From positions 19,840,001 through 19,904,000 of the forward strand of contig OY740806.1 in the NCBI GenBank assembly GCA_963514005.1: a stretch of DNA of 64,000 bases, given 5' to 3'. Position 1 is the first letter of the stretch; each line of letters opens with the position of its first letter. Shown here in pieces: positions 51,296-63,839 of this stretch. The stretch comes from Raja brachyura. Lineage: Eukaryota. The notes beneath the pieces were generated by a model. It was given only the letters and a program-made list of their open reading frames with translations. It did not search any database and was not told the origin of the DNA. The position numbers and the translations under genes are program-made.

Positions 51296-53804
51296 TTATC
51301 TTTAACTGGATAGCACGCAAACAAAAGCTTTTTATTGTACCTTGGTACACGTGACAATAATCAACTATACTTCTTCTTCTTATCGAGTCCACACGCAAGA
51401 TTAAAAGTTGTTCAGCCAGTGTCTGTCTTGCGCTTCTTGCACTTCTTGTGCATGGTGGTGGAAAGATTGCTGAAAACAGGGCCGCAATGTGAACGCTCTT
51501 TCCTTGATCCCATCAACTATACTAAAAACTAAACTAAAACCCTTTTAATTTTTGACACATTTACCATGGGAAACATTCATTGTCTATCTGTGGTGCGTAT
51601 TAGTTTATCTACTTCTACCATGTTATCTCCCAGTGTCCTTATATCCACTTTGAGGTCAAAATGACCTATCCTCATTTTAAAAAAAATGTATACAACCTAA
51701 ACATAACCTGTGATCAAATATCACCACAAGGTTACATGTGACCTAATTTGGTTTAGGTCTTTGGCTCAGGAAATAAATGGAACCAATAGATAGGAAACAT
51801 TGTTTATGGTAAGACAATATCTATTATTCTATAGTTGTAGAAATTTCTGTTCATTCAGTGCTCGAGACCAGGAAGTGTAAGAGCTTGGAAACAGTAGCAA
51901 GGTCAGAAGAGATGTTGGTGAATTGGAGCTCAAAATCAAAATAATTTGCTTGGAAACTGACAATCTTCTCCCAGACATTGCCTCCAAGTAGCAACATATA
52001 AATGAAATGACAACTGTTGTCAGAGCCTGAATTTTGCTTCCTCATTTTAGTGTTACTTTTGTTCATATTTATTTTTATTCATATTTTTATGAGATCGTCA
52101 AAGAATTTGTAGGAATCGTGTTATATTATTTTGCTGCCTGAAAAATAACTTTTATATTATAAATGAAAACAATAACGCTGACCAGATTGTATTAGATTTG
52201 CGTGAAATAAAGTCGTTATGGTAAATTCCACTTAGTCTCTACTTGTTTTTGATCTTTACCGCTGACGCAGACCTAGTTTAACATCAGCATAAATTTATCC
52301 AGCAAGCAGTCTCTTGCTATCTGCTCGATTTGATACTTTGCTACAGATAACTTTCAGCCCACTGGCTTGATCGTTATCTGTATGCAAATGTTGTTTAATT
52401 CATATGTTTTTATGATTCATGTCTTTATTGTCAGTGTTCAAATGTCAGACACTAAAACCCCGTCAGATTTTCTGACCTTTAAGAGAATAATTAATAAACT
52501 AGTTTCATTAGTTCCACAGAAGACACACTTTAAAACTTGCCGAATCTATGAAGTTTAGTTTAGATCTTATCTCTCTCTTATTACTTGCAAACATTTCTAT
52601 CGCCATAAATGGTATTGCAGAAAATTGAGCTCATTAAAGTAGGTGGTCTCAATTCGGTACAAGGATTGAATGAGGAAGAGCAATGTAATTTTCTTCTCAA
52701 AGGCCAATGGAAATCTAAAAATCTCACGAGAGCCTCTTGTGTTGGTGTGAGATTGATAACTTTCAAGGTGGAAGCATAAATAAATAACCCAATGAATGTG
52801 ATTTAGAAGCGGATCTGCCGCTATCAGTATATACACCTGACTGGAGGCCATCTGTGAAATTATTTACATTGTAGTAGGTTTGCAATTCAACAAGTTTGCC
52901 ACCAAATTTGAAACCTGCTTTTCAATGAAAAATATAAAATCATCGCAATGAAAAGCTTTCGATTCCCTCGGTTTCCTGCACGAGCGATAAATGAGCACAT
53001 TGTGATGAAGCAGATGCTGTAAGTAACGTGTAATCCAGAACACAGGATGTGGTGCAATGGTACAGATGCAGGAAATGTTGGTTATTCCGAAGCACAAGTA
53101 ACTACATTATGAATTGTGCCTTGACCGGATGGCACCACCTGGAATTTAAAATATTTTGTATTCGTGCTCAGCTGAGCCGATGGTAGAATGTTTGCATTGC
53201 AGGATAACAGTGCAGCAAATAACTTGAGTCTTTCTTCAGTTTGCAATGTGCTCCACTGAATCGCATGATGGTTCAGCCCTTAACTGGATGCTCCTCCTTG
53301 TATAACACAGGTCCGTTTCCTGTATTCTGCTCAGTTACGTGGTGCTACTCATTGTGAGAGTGCAGTACTCTCTTATTTTATACTTTCATACCGTGGCATA
53401 GAAGGAGGCCCAATGTGTGGGTTGACAGAGTATTCCCATCAGTCGACTTACTTTCAACCATGAACAACCCCCATGATACTGTTAATCCTGGCTAAATTGC
53501 ACCAGCCAGGACTTCAAAATGGGGTTAAGTTTCAGGGTTACTGGGAGATTTGGTCAAATTGGAATTACTCTCTGCAGAGATGGGACAGGCTGCGGAGAGG
53601 TGCCAGAGTGTCTGGAGCTTAGATACAATTTACATGCAAAGAATGGGAAGATTTGCAAACCCTGCCAATCTGGTGCAAAGTGCATAGAATGGATTGAATG
53701 GCTGCAACCAGACGTACACCTTGTAAATAGTTGTACATAATGTTGCAGAGTTTGACTTTGCTAAGTGTTGATTGGACGAGGTGTTGAGCCTTGTCTGAGT
53801 TTTC

Positions 53805-54235
53805 TGTTAATCAGGGTAAATGTTTCCAAGTTGGCTTCCTCTCAAAGTCCGGTTTGTATACAATGTATTGAACTGTTGTATCATTAGGTTAGGGAAATGC
53901 CTGTTATGTATGGGGTTAATCGATATCTGTAATTGGGTGATTAAGACACCACCCCCATGTGGTTCGGCCTCTCGAGGTCCCGGGACATATAAATGTCCGT
54001 GATCACGAGGCTCAGGGTCGATTGTTCGGAAGAGCGCTCAGGACCGCGTGAACGTCTGGAGTGCCTCTGTCTGAGTGGGGCCTAGAGGGCTTGAACAGGC
54101 AGGCGCGAGGATCGAACCCGCGGTGGGATAGGTACAGTGGGTGATATGTGACGAGCTTTTGGTAAAATAAAAATTTAGTTGTTTCAAGGGCTTGATTCAG
54201 TGTTTTTACTGAAACTAGACTGGGGGGGGGGGGGG
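53805..54235 (+). mobile_element. Possible solo LTR
   Basis: TATAAAT near 53988, GC-rich tract, AATAAA near 54166; termini and TSD not resolved. Confidence 0.3.
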
Positions 54236-55419
54236 AAGCTTAAAAACGAGCAATTATCAATACTTCCACAACCACTTCTACTTGGGGGCAAATCACAAAT
54301 GTCAATGAATCCACAAACCCGTAGATCTTTGGTGTGTGGGATGAAACCTGTGCAGTATCACGGGGGAATCTAGATTAAGGTGTAGAAACTAAGAGCTGCA
54401 GATGGTGGTTTATGCCAAAGATGCTGGAGCAACTCAGCAGGTCAGGCAGCATCTCTGGAGAAAAACGATGGGTGATGTTTCGGGTTAGGCCCATTCTTCA
54501 GATGCCATCTTCAGACTTCAGCATCTGAAGAAGAGTCCCAACCCAAAACGTCACCCATTCTTTTTCTCTAGAGATGTTACCTGACCCCCTGGGTTACTCC
54601 AGCCCTTTGTGTCTATCATAGATTACTAAGCATAGCATTATACAGCATGGATACAGCCCTTTCAACAATTTATCTATCCTCTCCAACCTGCTTATTTATG
54701 CTAATCCCACTTGCCTGTTTTTGGCCCATATCTCTCTAATCCTGTCCTATCCATGTATCTGTCCAACTGTCCTGTAAATGTTGTTATTGTACTTGTTTCC
54801 AGCAACTCCTCAAACTCTACACAGACTGTGCACAAGATCAGGATTGAACCCAGGTAACTAGATCTGTAATTTCAGTCAATGGTGCAGTGAAGGCACGGGG
54901 AAAAGGGTCCAAGATAATGTCCAAGCCTGGTGACTCTTGTGCTGGTCACAGAAGTGGATCTGCAATCACGCATTATAAAACTTACAAAAAATTAATGCCA
55001 TTCAGGGCTGCTCTCTGAAAAATCACCAAGTGTCTAAGTCTTATTTAGAAACAGTGAGAAACCATACAGCAACTGAAGTTGGCGTTGTCAGGAAAAGAAG
55101 AGAAATCTGGCACCTAGTGAAAGGTGTCATCGTGATTTTTCACACATTGTGGAAACTTGGCTTCAATAAGTGGGTATTTTCTATAAGTAAACCATTTATT
55201 TTGAAGTCAGTATCACATGTGAAACTGATGTGTACCCCGAGCTATGAGATTGCAATTATTTGCCTGTATGTTTCTCACCCTTGTATGGTTCATGTCAGTC
55301 CATACAGGCACCCATGCAAATATTAATTTGCACAACTCATTAAGGCCATCCTTAACACCAGGGCAAGGAAAAGCCAACAAAGTCTGGTCAAAGAAAGTCA
55401 GAAGGACATCAAAAAGGTA

Positions 55420-55590
55420 GATAGTTCAGCACTGCTCTCTGGTTGTGGTAGGATAACTCAGTTGCCTGATGACAGCTGGGAAGAAACTGTCCCTGAATCT
55501 GGTGGCGTGCATTTTCACACTTCTATACCTTTTGCTTGACGGGAGAGGGGAGAAGAAGGAGTGGTCTGGTTGCGACTCATCCTTATTTGT
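55420..55590 (-). mobile_element. Rex1/Babar-type LINE 3' fragment
   Basis: FFSPLPSSKRYRS...TRFRDSFFPAVIR motif. Confidence 0.7.
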
Positions 55591-55599
55591 TCTCCTGTT

Positions 55600-56240
55600 G
55601 CTCTCCCTCCCCCCCAAGAATCCAAGGATAGACTTCCCCTGGTCATCCCCTTTCACCCCACCAGCCTCCACATCCAACATATCATTCTCCGACATTTACA
55701 CCATTGCAACCTGATCCTGCCACCAGTCACATAGTCCCATTCCCTCTCCTGCTGCCTTCCGCAGAGACCACTCCTTCTTGCATCTCCTTGGTTCACTAAT
55801 CGCTTCCCACCCAAAGCACCCCCTCCCCAGGTACTTTCCCCTTCATCCGCAGGAGATGTTCCTATGTGCCTGAGATGTATCTGTGCCACTACCTCCTCCC
55901 TCACATCCATCCAGGGACCACAACAGTCCTTCTAGATGAGACCGAGATCAACCTGCACCTTCTCTAACTTTATTTACTGCATTTGGTGTTCCCAATGTGG
56001 CTTCCTATACATTGGCGAGACGAAGCATAGATTCGATGACTGGGTCGCCATATACTTGGGTCTGCTTGATGAATCTCCCACTTGCTAACCATTTTAACTC
56101 CTCTTCCAATTCCCATACTAACTTATGTCTCCTCCATTGGCAGAGTGAGGCCACACCCAACTGGAGGAACACCTCAGTTTCTACTTGGATAGCTTACAAC
56201 AACAATATGAACATCGAATTCTCAAATTTCAGGTAATGAA
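55600..56240 (+). mobile_element. Degenerate Penelope-like fragment
   Basis: Similar to the reverse complement of 47470-47960 (IYCIWCSQCGFLYIGET). Confidence 0.8.
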
Positions 56241-56869
56241 CCTACATACAATCCCCCCTCCCCCTCCCCCACACACCTTTATCCCCCTATCTTCTGTGTG
56301 TCATATCTGAATTGGAACCCATTTCTCCTGTCCCCAATCCCTTCCACCTACAATATATTCTTTACACAGCCTTCATAATTCACACCTCTTCAAATTTAGT
56401 TCAGTGTAGTTTATTATCAAGTTTAGGCTAATTAACCTACATGTCTTTCTGATGGGGAAGGAAAGCAAACTACCCAGAGGAAACCCACACAGTCATAGAG
56501 AAAACGTGCAAACTCCACACCAACAGCACCCGAGGTCAGGATCGAGCCCGGTTGTCTGGTGCTGTGGGGCAGCAGATCTACCAACTCTGCCATCCACCTT
56601 TTTTATTTTTATTTTTTTCAATTTTTATAATGAATTTATAGCCAGGTAGATGCCCAATTGATACCAAATCCCAACCCCTGAACTTATAGCACAGAGGTGC
56701 TAATGTTCATGGTCAAGTCAACAGTAAACTCCTCCCATTGCCCTAGTTCAGATATTAAGCACAATGCAGTAAGTGAGAGGCTCAGACTAAAGTGTTTGAA
56801 AAATAGCCATTTGGAAACCAAGGGAATATCAAGTCTCCAGCTATGGGGTAAGAGTTTGATAAATGTTTT

Positions 56870-57435
56870 GGGTAGGCAAAAGTGCTGGAGAAACTCAGCG
56901 GGTGCAGCAGCATCTATGGAGCGAAGGAAGTAGGCAACATTTCGGGCCAAAACCCTTCTTCAGACTGATGTAGGGTAGGGTGTGGGGGGGGGGGGGGGGG
57001 GGGGCGGGGAGAAGAAAGGATAAAGGAAGAGGAGGAGCCCGAGGGTTGAGGGAGAGCTGAGAAGCGGAGGAGACAGCAAGGGCTACCGGAAATTGAAGAA
57101 TTCAATGTTTATGCCACTAGGGTGCAACCTGCCCAAGCGGAATATGAGGTGCTGCTCCTCCAATTTCCGGTGGTGTTCACTCTGGCCATGGAGGAGGCCC
57201 AGGACAGAAAGGTCGGATTTGGAATGGGAGAGGGAGTTGAAGTGCTGAGCCACCGGGAGATCAGGTTGGATAGTGCGGTGTTGGTTAATGAGATGTTCGG
57301 CGAAACGATCGCCAAGCCTACGCTTGGTCTTACCGATGTAGATCAGCTGACATCTAGAGCAGCAATTGCAATAGATGAGGTTGGAGGAGATGCAGGTGAA
57401 CCTCTTCTGTACCTGGAACGACTGCTTGGGTCCTT
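56870..57435 (-). mobile_element. Penelope-like 3' fragment with terminal repeat
   Basis: GIY-YIG end followed by a C-rich tract and the ctgaagaagg...cccgaaa terminal repeat. Confidence 0.85.
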
Positions 57436-58129
57436 AGGTGATAAATGTTTTGTTTAGGAAAGAACTGCAGATGCTGGTTTATACTGAAGGTAGACACGAA
57501 AAGCTGGAGTAACCCAGTGGGTTAAGAGGCATCTCTGGAGAAAAGGAAATGGGTGATGTTTCCGGTCCGAATCCTTCTTCAGACTGAATAATGGAAGTGC
57601 TGGAAGGGGTAAACTGCAGGCTAGACAATGCCAGAACAAATCAGGACTGACAACAGATGACCTCACGAAGGGTGGAGTCCACAATAGCCCATTGTTGGCT
57701 GGGGAAGATGCACTAATGAGAGGGATACAAAGATGAGAACAATGGAAAAGCGAGGTCAACTAGAGAGGGGAGGTGAGGGCATGCAGGTGTTTCTTGAATT
57801 GTTATGTGCAATACGGTATATGTGGTGATATGCATCAGATCCCTTCAGCCTACACTTGGGAGTCGTTTTCTCTTTGACTTGTACTGCAGCCCATGTGGGT
57901 ATCTCAAACACTACCCAAACTCTTTCCCTTATTTTGTCTGAGCACTTCATGTAAACAAAAGCATGTTGTGGATCTTGTTGGTGATGTCCATCCTTTATGT
58001 GGCTTTACAGGCTCCTGTTTCATCTTGGTAAGTTATTCCCATTATTAATGCTGTTTCTCAAGTTTTCTTTATTTCCAACTAGAATACAGCACAGCAAAGA
58101 ATACGATCTTTCACTTTAGGAGAAGGAAT

Positions 58130-58865
58130 AAAGGCATAGACTTTTCTAAATGGGGAGAGGATTGAGAAATCGAAGGTGCAAAGGGATTTGAGAGTGCTGG
58201 TGCAGGATCCCCAAAAGATTAATTTGCAAGTTTAATCAGTAGTAAGGAAAACAAAACTAATGTTAGCATTCATTTGAAGAGGACAGGAATATGAAAGAAT
58301 GGAAGTAATCCTGAGGCTTTGTAAGGTGCTGATCAGACCACATTTCCAATTTTGTGAGCAGTTTCGAATCCCATAACTGATGAGGGATGTGCTAGTGTTG
58401 GAGAGGGCCCGGAAGAGGTTTATGTGAATGATCCTGGGGATGATTGAGTTAATATACGAAGAGTGATGGCTCTAGGCCTGTACTTACTGACGTTTAGAAG
58501 AAAGAGGAGGATACCAATGAAATCTTCTGGATAATGAAGTGGACATGGAAAGGATGTTTCCAGTAATGGGAGAGTCTACGACTAGAGAGCTCAGCCTTAG
58601 AACAAAAGGATGTACCATTAGAAAGGAGATGAGGAGGGATTAATTTAGTCAGAGGATAATGAATCTGTGGAATTCATTGGCACTGATGGCTGTGGAGGCC
58701 AAGTCATTGGGTATTTTCAAACCAGGGGTTGCTGATGAATAAGAACATCAAAGGTTACGGGGAGAAAGAGAATGGGATTGAGAGGGAGAGATATATCAGC
58801 CATGATGGAATGGCAGAGCAGACTCAATGGGATGAATGGCCCAATTCTGCTCCTATGTCTTGTGA
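58130..58865 (+). mobile_element. Degenerate CR1 LINE fragment
   Basis: Colinear with 35940-36700. Confidence 0.78.
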
Positions 58866-59251
58866 TAGGCACACTGAGACCAAAGTGCCACACTTCACGT
58901 GACAGTCTCAGGAATATTTGAGAAATGAAAGTACAGTCATGTCATTGAAGTTTTGGATTTTGATCCCAGCATCTGGAGAAATGTGTCGGCAAACTTGACT
59001 GAGTTTTATGGACGAATCTTGTACCTACAGCTTCTGCCTAGATTCTATGGAAGTTGTGTCTGCCTGCAAGAGTCATTCTAACCAGTCACCTTTCAGCAAA
59101 GAGGAATAATTGCTCAGACAATGATTGAATGTAGCTGTAGTCAATGATTGAAACTTCACTGATGATCAAATGGAATGATACAAGACGCAAGTTATATATT
59201 AGTTGTGACTATCCAACGTAGTATGTTGCATTGTAAACATTTAGCTTGTTT

Positions 59252-59257
59252 TTTATT
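59252..59257 (-). terminator. Candidate polyadenylation signal for the CBS-like gene
   Basis: AATAAA on the minus strand about 665 nt after the stop codon; motif only. Confidence 0.35.
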
Positions 59258-59921
59258 AATCTACTATTGGCCATTGGTGAAATTGAAAGAAAATTCTTTC
59301 TATTAGAGATTCACAATATGGAAATTGATGCTTATCTCAAAGCCAGGCAAACGTGTCACATTAAAGGTGATGGTTAGTGAAGGTGGTCACCTTGCTAACC
59401 TCAAAATCATCAGCACATCCTCACTGTGAGCCAACAAGTCAACCTGTTAACCTCATTCTTTTTTTTCAATAATATCTATAGAAAACAACAAGATACATTT
59501 CTTGTTGAAAGCTATTAACTCAGGCCTTGTCGATAAAATTAAGGAATGGAATCGTTAGTGTATGGGGCTTTTCCTGGGTTTTGTAGAGCTTGTCATGTTT
59601 CAAGAGAGCACGTGTTACCACACTTTTAGTTACTGCTATGTACATATTAATATAATCACAGGTTCTGAAGCAGCTAACCTCACTCGCATCAGGGGAAGAG
59701 GAAAGCACAGGAGTCTGTGTAACTTTAATTGGTGGGGGAGGAATGGTAGCTGAGTTTACCTCTTGCGGCACTCTCCGTGGTCTTGGCATATGTTCACACA
59801 ATACCCAGCCCTGATCTGCCCACATCAACCCAGCCCAGATATCATCTACTCCAAACAAACTATATTAACAATGCATTGTTGTTTTGTGTCTTTAGCCTGT
59901 GCCTTGCTTTTCTTCTGCCGA

Positions 59922-60007
59922 TTAGGCTGTGATTTGGGTTATCACATCCATAAATGTGACAACGCTGTGTACTTCTTCTCTCCTTCCACATTCATCACTG
60001 GCATTAT
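59922..60007 (-). CDS. CBS: Cystathionine beta-synthase-like, last coding exon
   Basis: DNASDECGRREEVHSVVTFMDVITQITA* versus recalled human [28 protein letters not shown]; acceptor tttttgtttcag; phase 1 matches. Confidence 0.85.
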
Positions 60008-60407
60008 CTGAAACAAAAACCACAAAAGAGGAGATGTCAGAATGCTCCAGGAGACTATTGACGATGTCGGTAGCGAGGAACCAAAGATCACTCAACAATG
60101 ATAGATGCAAAAAGCTGGAGTAACTCAGCGAGTCAGACAGCGTCTTTGGAGAAAAGGAACAGGTGACGTTTCAGGTCGAGACCCTTCTTGAGACTGAAAG
60201 TCAAGGCTCAGAATGAAGAAGGGTCTCGACCTGAAACACCACCTATTCCCTTCCTCCAGACATGCACCAGTCTGAAGATGGGTCTCGACCCAAAGCGTCC
60301 CCCATTCCTTCTCTGCAGAGATGCTGTCTGACACACCGTTACTACAGCTTTGTGTCTATCTTCGGTTTAAACCTGCATCTGCAGTTCCTTCCGACATGAT
60401 CACTCAC

Positions 60408-60416
60408 CAATGATAG
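60408..60416 (-). CDS. Candidate 9-nt microexon of the CBS-like gene (adds A-I-I)
   Basis: ttattttcctctctgacag|CTATCATTG|gtgagt with about 170 nt of pyrimidine-rich sequence upstream; frame-preserving. Confidence 0.4.
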
Positions 60417-60834
60417 CTGTCAGAGAGGAAAATAAATAATAAGATAGAGTGGTAGTGAGGATGAGGCAGCAAGATTCTGAGGAGGATAAGGATGAATGAC
60501 AGTAGGAAGAACAAGTGAGAGGGAAAGGGAAGGATGGAGACAGGAGATACAAGTGGGAATGCAGTGAGAGAGACGCAATGGAGAGCAATGCATCTATTAA
60601 TCCCTTTGCTGTTTCAAACGTGTTTGTTCCGACCGACTATGACAACCCAGCAGGTTGGTGAATTTTTAAACAACGGACAATTACCATCATGAAAAATGGC
60701 CACCTGGATGGCACAGATATACCAAAAATAAATGGCCTAAATTCCGTAAACTTCAGGCCTTCAAAGAGTCAGTTATGTAATGTCCCCATGCACTTCAATT
60801 TGCAAAGAAAACAATGAAACCAAGCTTGACTTAC

Positions 60835-60919
60835 CGTGAATTTGTTCGTGAATGATTAACACAAAGTGATTCAATGCCAAAGCCTGGGTGATTTTTCCAA
60901 GGGTGTCATTTAAACTCAC
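60835..60919 (-). CDS. CBS: Cystathionine beta-synthase-like, penultimate coding exon
   Basis: VSLNDTLGKITQALALNHFVLIIHEQIH versus recalled human [28 protein letters not shown]; 85 nt, phase 0/1; acceptor ttccctcaatag, donor gtaagt. Confidence 0.93.
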
Positions 60920-61999
60920 CTATTGAGGGAATAGAAAAGTTGATAAAGTGACTGTATATTAATATTTAACATATCTTGTTTGAATCACATTATTAAAATT
61001 AAAATTATGACCATAGGATAGAACAAGTGTATAGATGATGGTGAATGTTGAAAAATCGTTGGTGCTCTTTTAGTTTAGATGAGTTTAGAGATACAACGGG
61101 GAAACCAGACCTTTAACCCACCAAGGCCTATCCTATGTATGAGGGACAATTTATAAAAGCCAATTAACCTACAAACCCATTTGTCTTTGGAGTGTGGGAG
61201 GAAACCAGAGCATGCAGAGAAAGCCCACGCAGTCACAGGGAGAACGTGCAAACTCTGTACAGGCAGCACCTGTAGTCAGGATCAAACCCGAGTCTCTAGC
61301 GCTGTGACTACCACTGTGCTGCCCCAAATTGCAAATAAATCACTTGGAACATTTATTGCACTTTCAGCCGGTTGCAAAAATAGAAGCACAATGCAAGATC
61401 GACTTGACCTGAAATGGATTTGCTTAGATTAGAAAAAAAGGAAACTTCAGAAGGAAGATGGTCTTCCGATTCTGGCTAAAATGGACTTGAAAAGTTCAAT
61501 TCCTAAGAAAACAAGTATCAGCTTAACTAAGTTAGTAGCCCAATACCCAAAGGATAAATTCAAAATAGCGAAAAAATAAATCTAAAATAAAAGATAGCAA
61601 AAATGATTTTATCAACATCCATTTTCTTAGGCGGTAGACACACTGTTTTTATCCATTTTTGTGACTTACGCAGTCAATATACTGTGCCACACTGTAATAT
61701 CAAGATAGTTTAAATATGAAGGGAGATTTATATTAATGTGATCTTAGTCTCAGCGAGCAAGTCTTGATTTCGATGCATCTCTCTGTTCTGTCATGTTACC
61801 AAGGGGGACAATTAGGAGTACAACTCCTGCGAGAGAAATGCTGTGAACTTTTAAAACATGTTTAAAAGTTAAAACAAGTAGCCAAGGAGTAGCGGATTCT
61901 TCTCGAGGCGTGCATCTGTCGGAGGGCGCTTGAACAAAGGGGAGACCCAGTGAGGGCCGATGAGAAAGATGGGGAACTGCTGCCATGCAAACACAAACA

Positions 62000-62296
62000 T
62001 ATACAATTCTTAAGGGATTGGACATGCTGGATCCAGGAAAAATGGTCCCGATGTTTTCACCCAGAGAGTTGTGAATCTGTGGAATTCTCTGCCACACGAG
62101 GCAGTGAAGGCCAATTCACTGGATGTTTTCAAGAGAGAGTTAGAAATAGCTCTTAGGCCTGACAAAATCAAAGGATATGGGGAAAGCATGAACAGGGTAC
62201 TGATTTTGGATGATCAGCCATGATTATATTGAATGGCGGTGTTGGCTCAAAGGGCCAAATGGCCTACTCGTGCACCTATTTTCTATGTTTCTATGT
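62000..62296 (+). mobile_element. CR1 LINE 3' fragment in a CBS intron
   Basis: FTQRVVNLWNSLP motif and (TTCTATGT)n tail. Confidence 0.85.
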
Positions 62297-62914
62297 GTAG
62301 CGGCAGGCAGTGGACAGGAATTTTCGGTGTAACTTTGTCAGAGCCCTAACATGATGAGACTTATGTACTGCCGAAGTGAGGTCTGCTACATGATTTCTAC
62401 TAGATTGGATGCAAAACAAAGCATCTCACTGTCACTGATTTCCCAATCCCTGTTTATATACGCCACCTGGTGGTATAACAGAAATTATTTAACAACACAA
62501 ACATAGTACTGATGCAGACTGCTGTGTTAAAATTTGAAGCATGAAGGTGCTGCATCCATAACACAACGTCCCGTCCAAGAAATCGCTTAGCCCTCTAAAG
62601 TAAATTTGACTTTATGTAGAATTATTTCAAAAATGCAAATATCTACCCAGATGTAATCTACTTAAATTGCTGTAAACCCAAAAATGAAGAAATTTTAGAC
62701 CAAAGTTTCACTCAATTAATCTTTTTAATCCAGCTGTCCTTTCAATGAAGAGATTTAATATACTTCTACCTTGAGTTTTTTTTAATATATTAGGTTTTAC
62801 ATCCTAATTTCCTTTCCTAAGTGCTATCAATGATAGGTAAATTATTACTCAAAAATATTGATGATTATTTTAAAAGGTCTATAAGTTCTTAAATGTATAT
62901 ATTCAAGTCATTGT

Positions 62915-63360
62915 GGGGCAGCACAGTGACACAGCGGCAAAGATGCTGCCTTAAGGGCCCGTCCCACTTGGGTGTCCATGTGCGCGTAATGCACGCCATG
63001 CGCACGTCACGTGTGCGTTACGAGGCGCTTGTCATGCATCGTGATACGTAAATGGTGTCATGCAAATGACACCCAAGTGGGACAGGCCCTTTACTGCCCC
63101 AGATACTCGGGTTCGATCCTGACTACAGGTGCTGTCTATACGGGATTTGTACATTCTCCTCATGACCGCATGGGTTTTCTCCTTTCTATGTTCTGGTTTC
63201 CTCCTACACTCCAAAGACGTACAGGTTTGTAAGTTAATTGGCTTCGGCAAGATTGTAAATTATCACTAGAGTGTAGGATCGTGCTAGTGTATGGGGTGAT
63301 CGCTGGTCGGCACGGACTCGGGGGGCCGAGGGGCCTGTTTCCGCGCTGTACCTCTAAAGT
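62915..63360 (+). mobile_element. tRNA-derived SINE split by a MITE
   Basis: Head ggcagcacagtgacacagcgg, B-box gggttcgatcc after the insertion, shared core and tail. Confidence 0.82.
62954..63090. mobile_element. PIF/Harbinger-like MITE (137 bp) nested in the SINE
   Basis: TIR AGGGCCCGTCCCACTTGGGTGTC / GACACCCAAGTGGGACAGGCCCT; TTA TSD. Confidence 0.9.
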
Positions 63361-63412
63361 CTGAAGTCAAGCTTACAGAATGCACATATAGCACAAGAGG
63401 AAATGGTCCTAC

Positions 63413-63521
63413 CTTACTGAAGCGGTTGTAAATAATTTTCATCACAGGGTCAGTGAGCTGCAGCTTCCCATCACGAATTAAAGACTCCATGTTCCCTAAT
63501 GTGACTATACCTTGTATTGTG
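63413..63521 (-). CDS. CBS: Cystathionine beta-synthase-like, third-from-last coding exon (Bateman/CBS domain)
   Basis: TIQGIVTLGNMESLIRDGKLQLTDPVMKIIYNRFSK aligns with recalled human [36 protein letters not shown]; 109 nt, the size I recall for the human exon; cag and gtagga splice sites. Confidence 0.93.
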
Positions 63522-63839
63522 CTGCATATAAATCAGATACAATATTTATTTTCTTACATATCAAAATATCATGGTAGTCTGTTTACCAGCTTGTGTTCCA
63601 GCAATTATCCATTGGCACTTCAGATTTATTTAAATGGGTAAAGGAGGTTTCAAATTGTGTCTGGGTGGAAGTAGAAGCTTAAAACTGACAAAACATCAAG
63701 TAATCAAATTAAGTCCATTGAAACTTCTTGCACTTTCACCCACTGGGTATGTGTCATAGAATCATTTGATCATGACTAGATAGAGGAATTAAATCGTAGA
63801 ACTATTCTAGTTTTTTACTTGCTCCCACTCTGGGCCTTA

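Noticed and set aside
52585-52851. Possible minus-strand exon with acceptor tttcacag and an 84-aa ORF
   Set aside because: No recognisable protein in any phase, and the CBS-like gene already ends at 59922.
56984-57009. Long G runs (also near 8790 and 54225) as G-quadruplex elements
   Set aside because: Homopolymers internal to repeats, with unreliable length; no independent evidence of function.
60400-60588. 62-aa Ser/Leu-rich minus-strand ORF
   Set aside because: Translation of the pyrimidine-rich intronic tract; only the terminal 9 nt are kept as a microexon candidate.
62915-63125. tRNA gene
   Set aside because: The A/B boxes belong to a SINE head, here also interrupted by a MITE; no cloverleaf.
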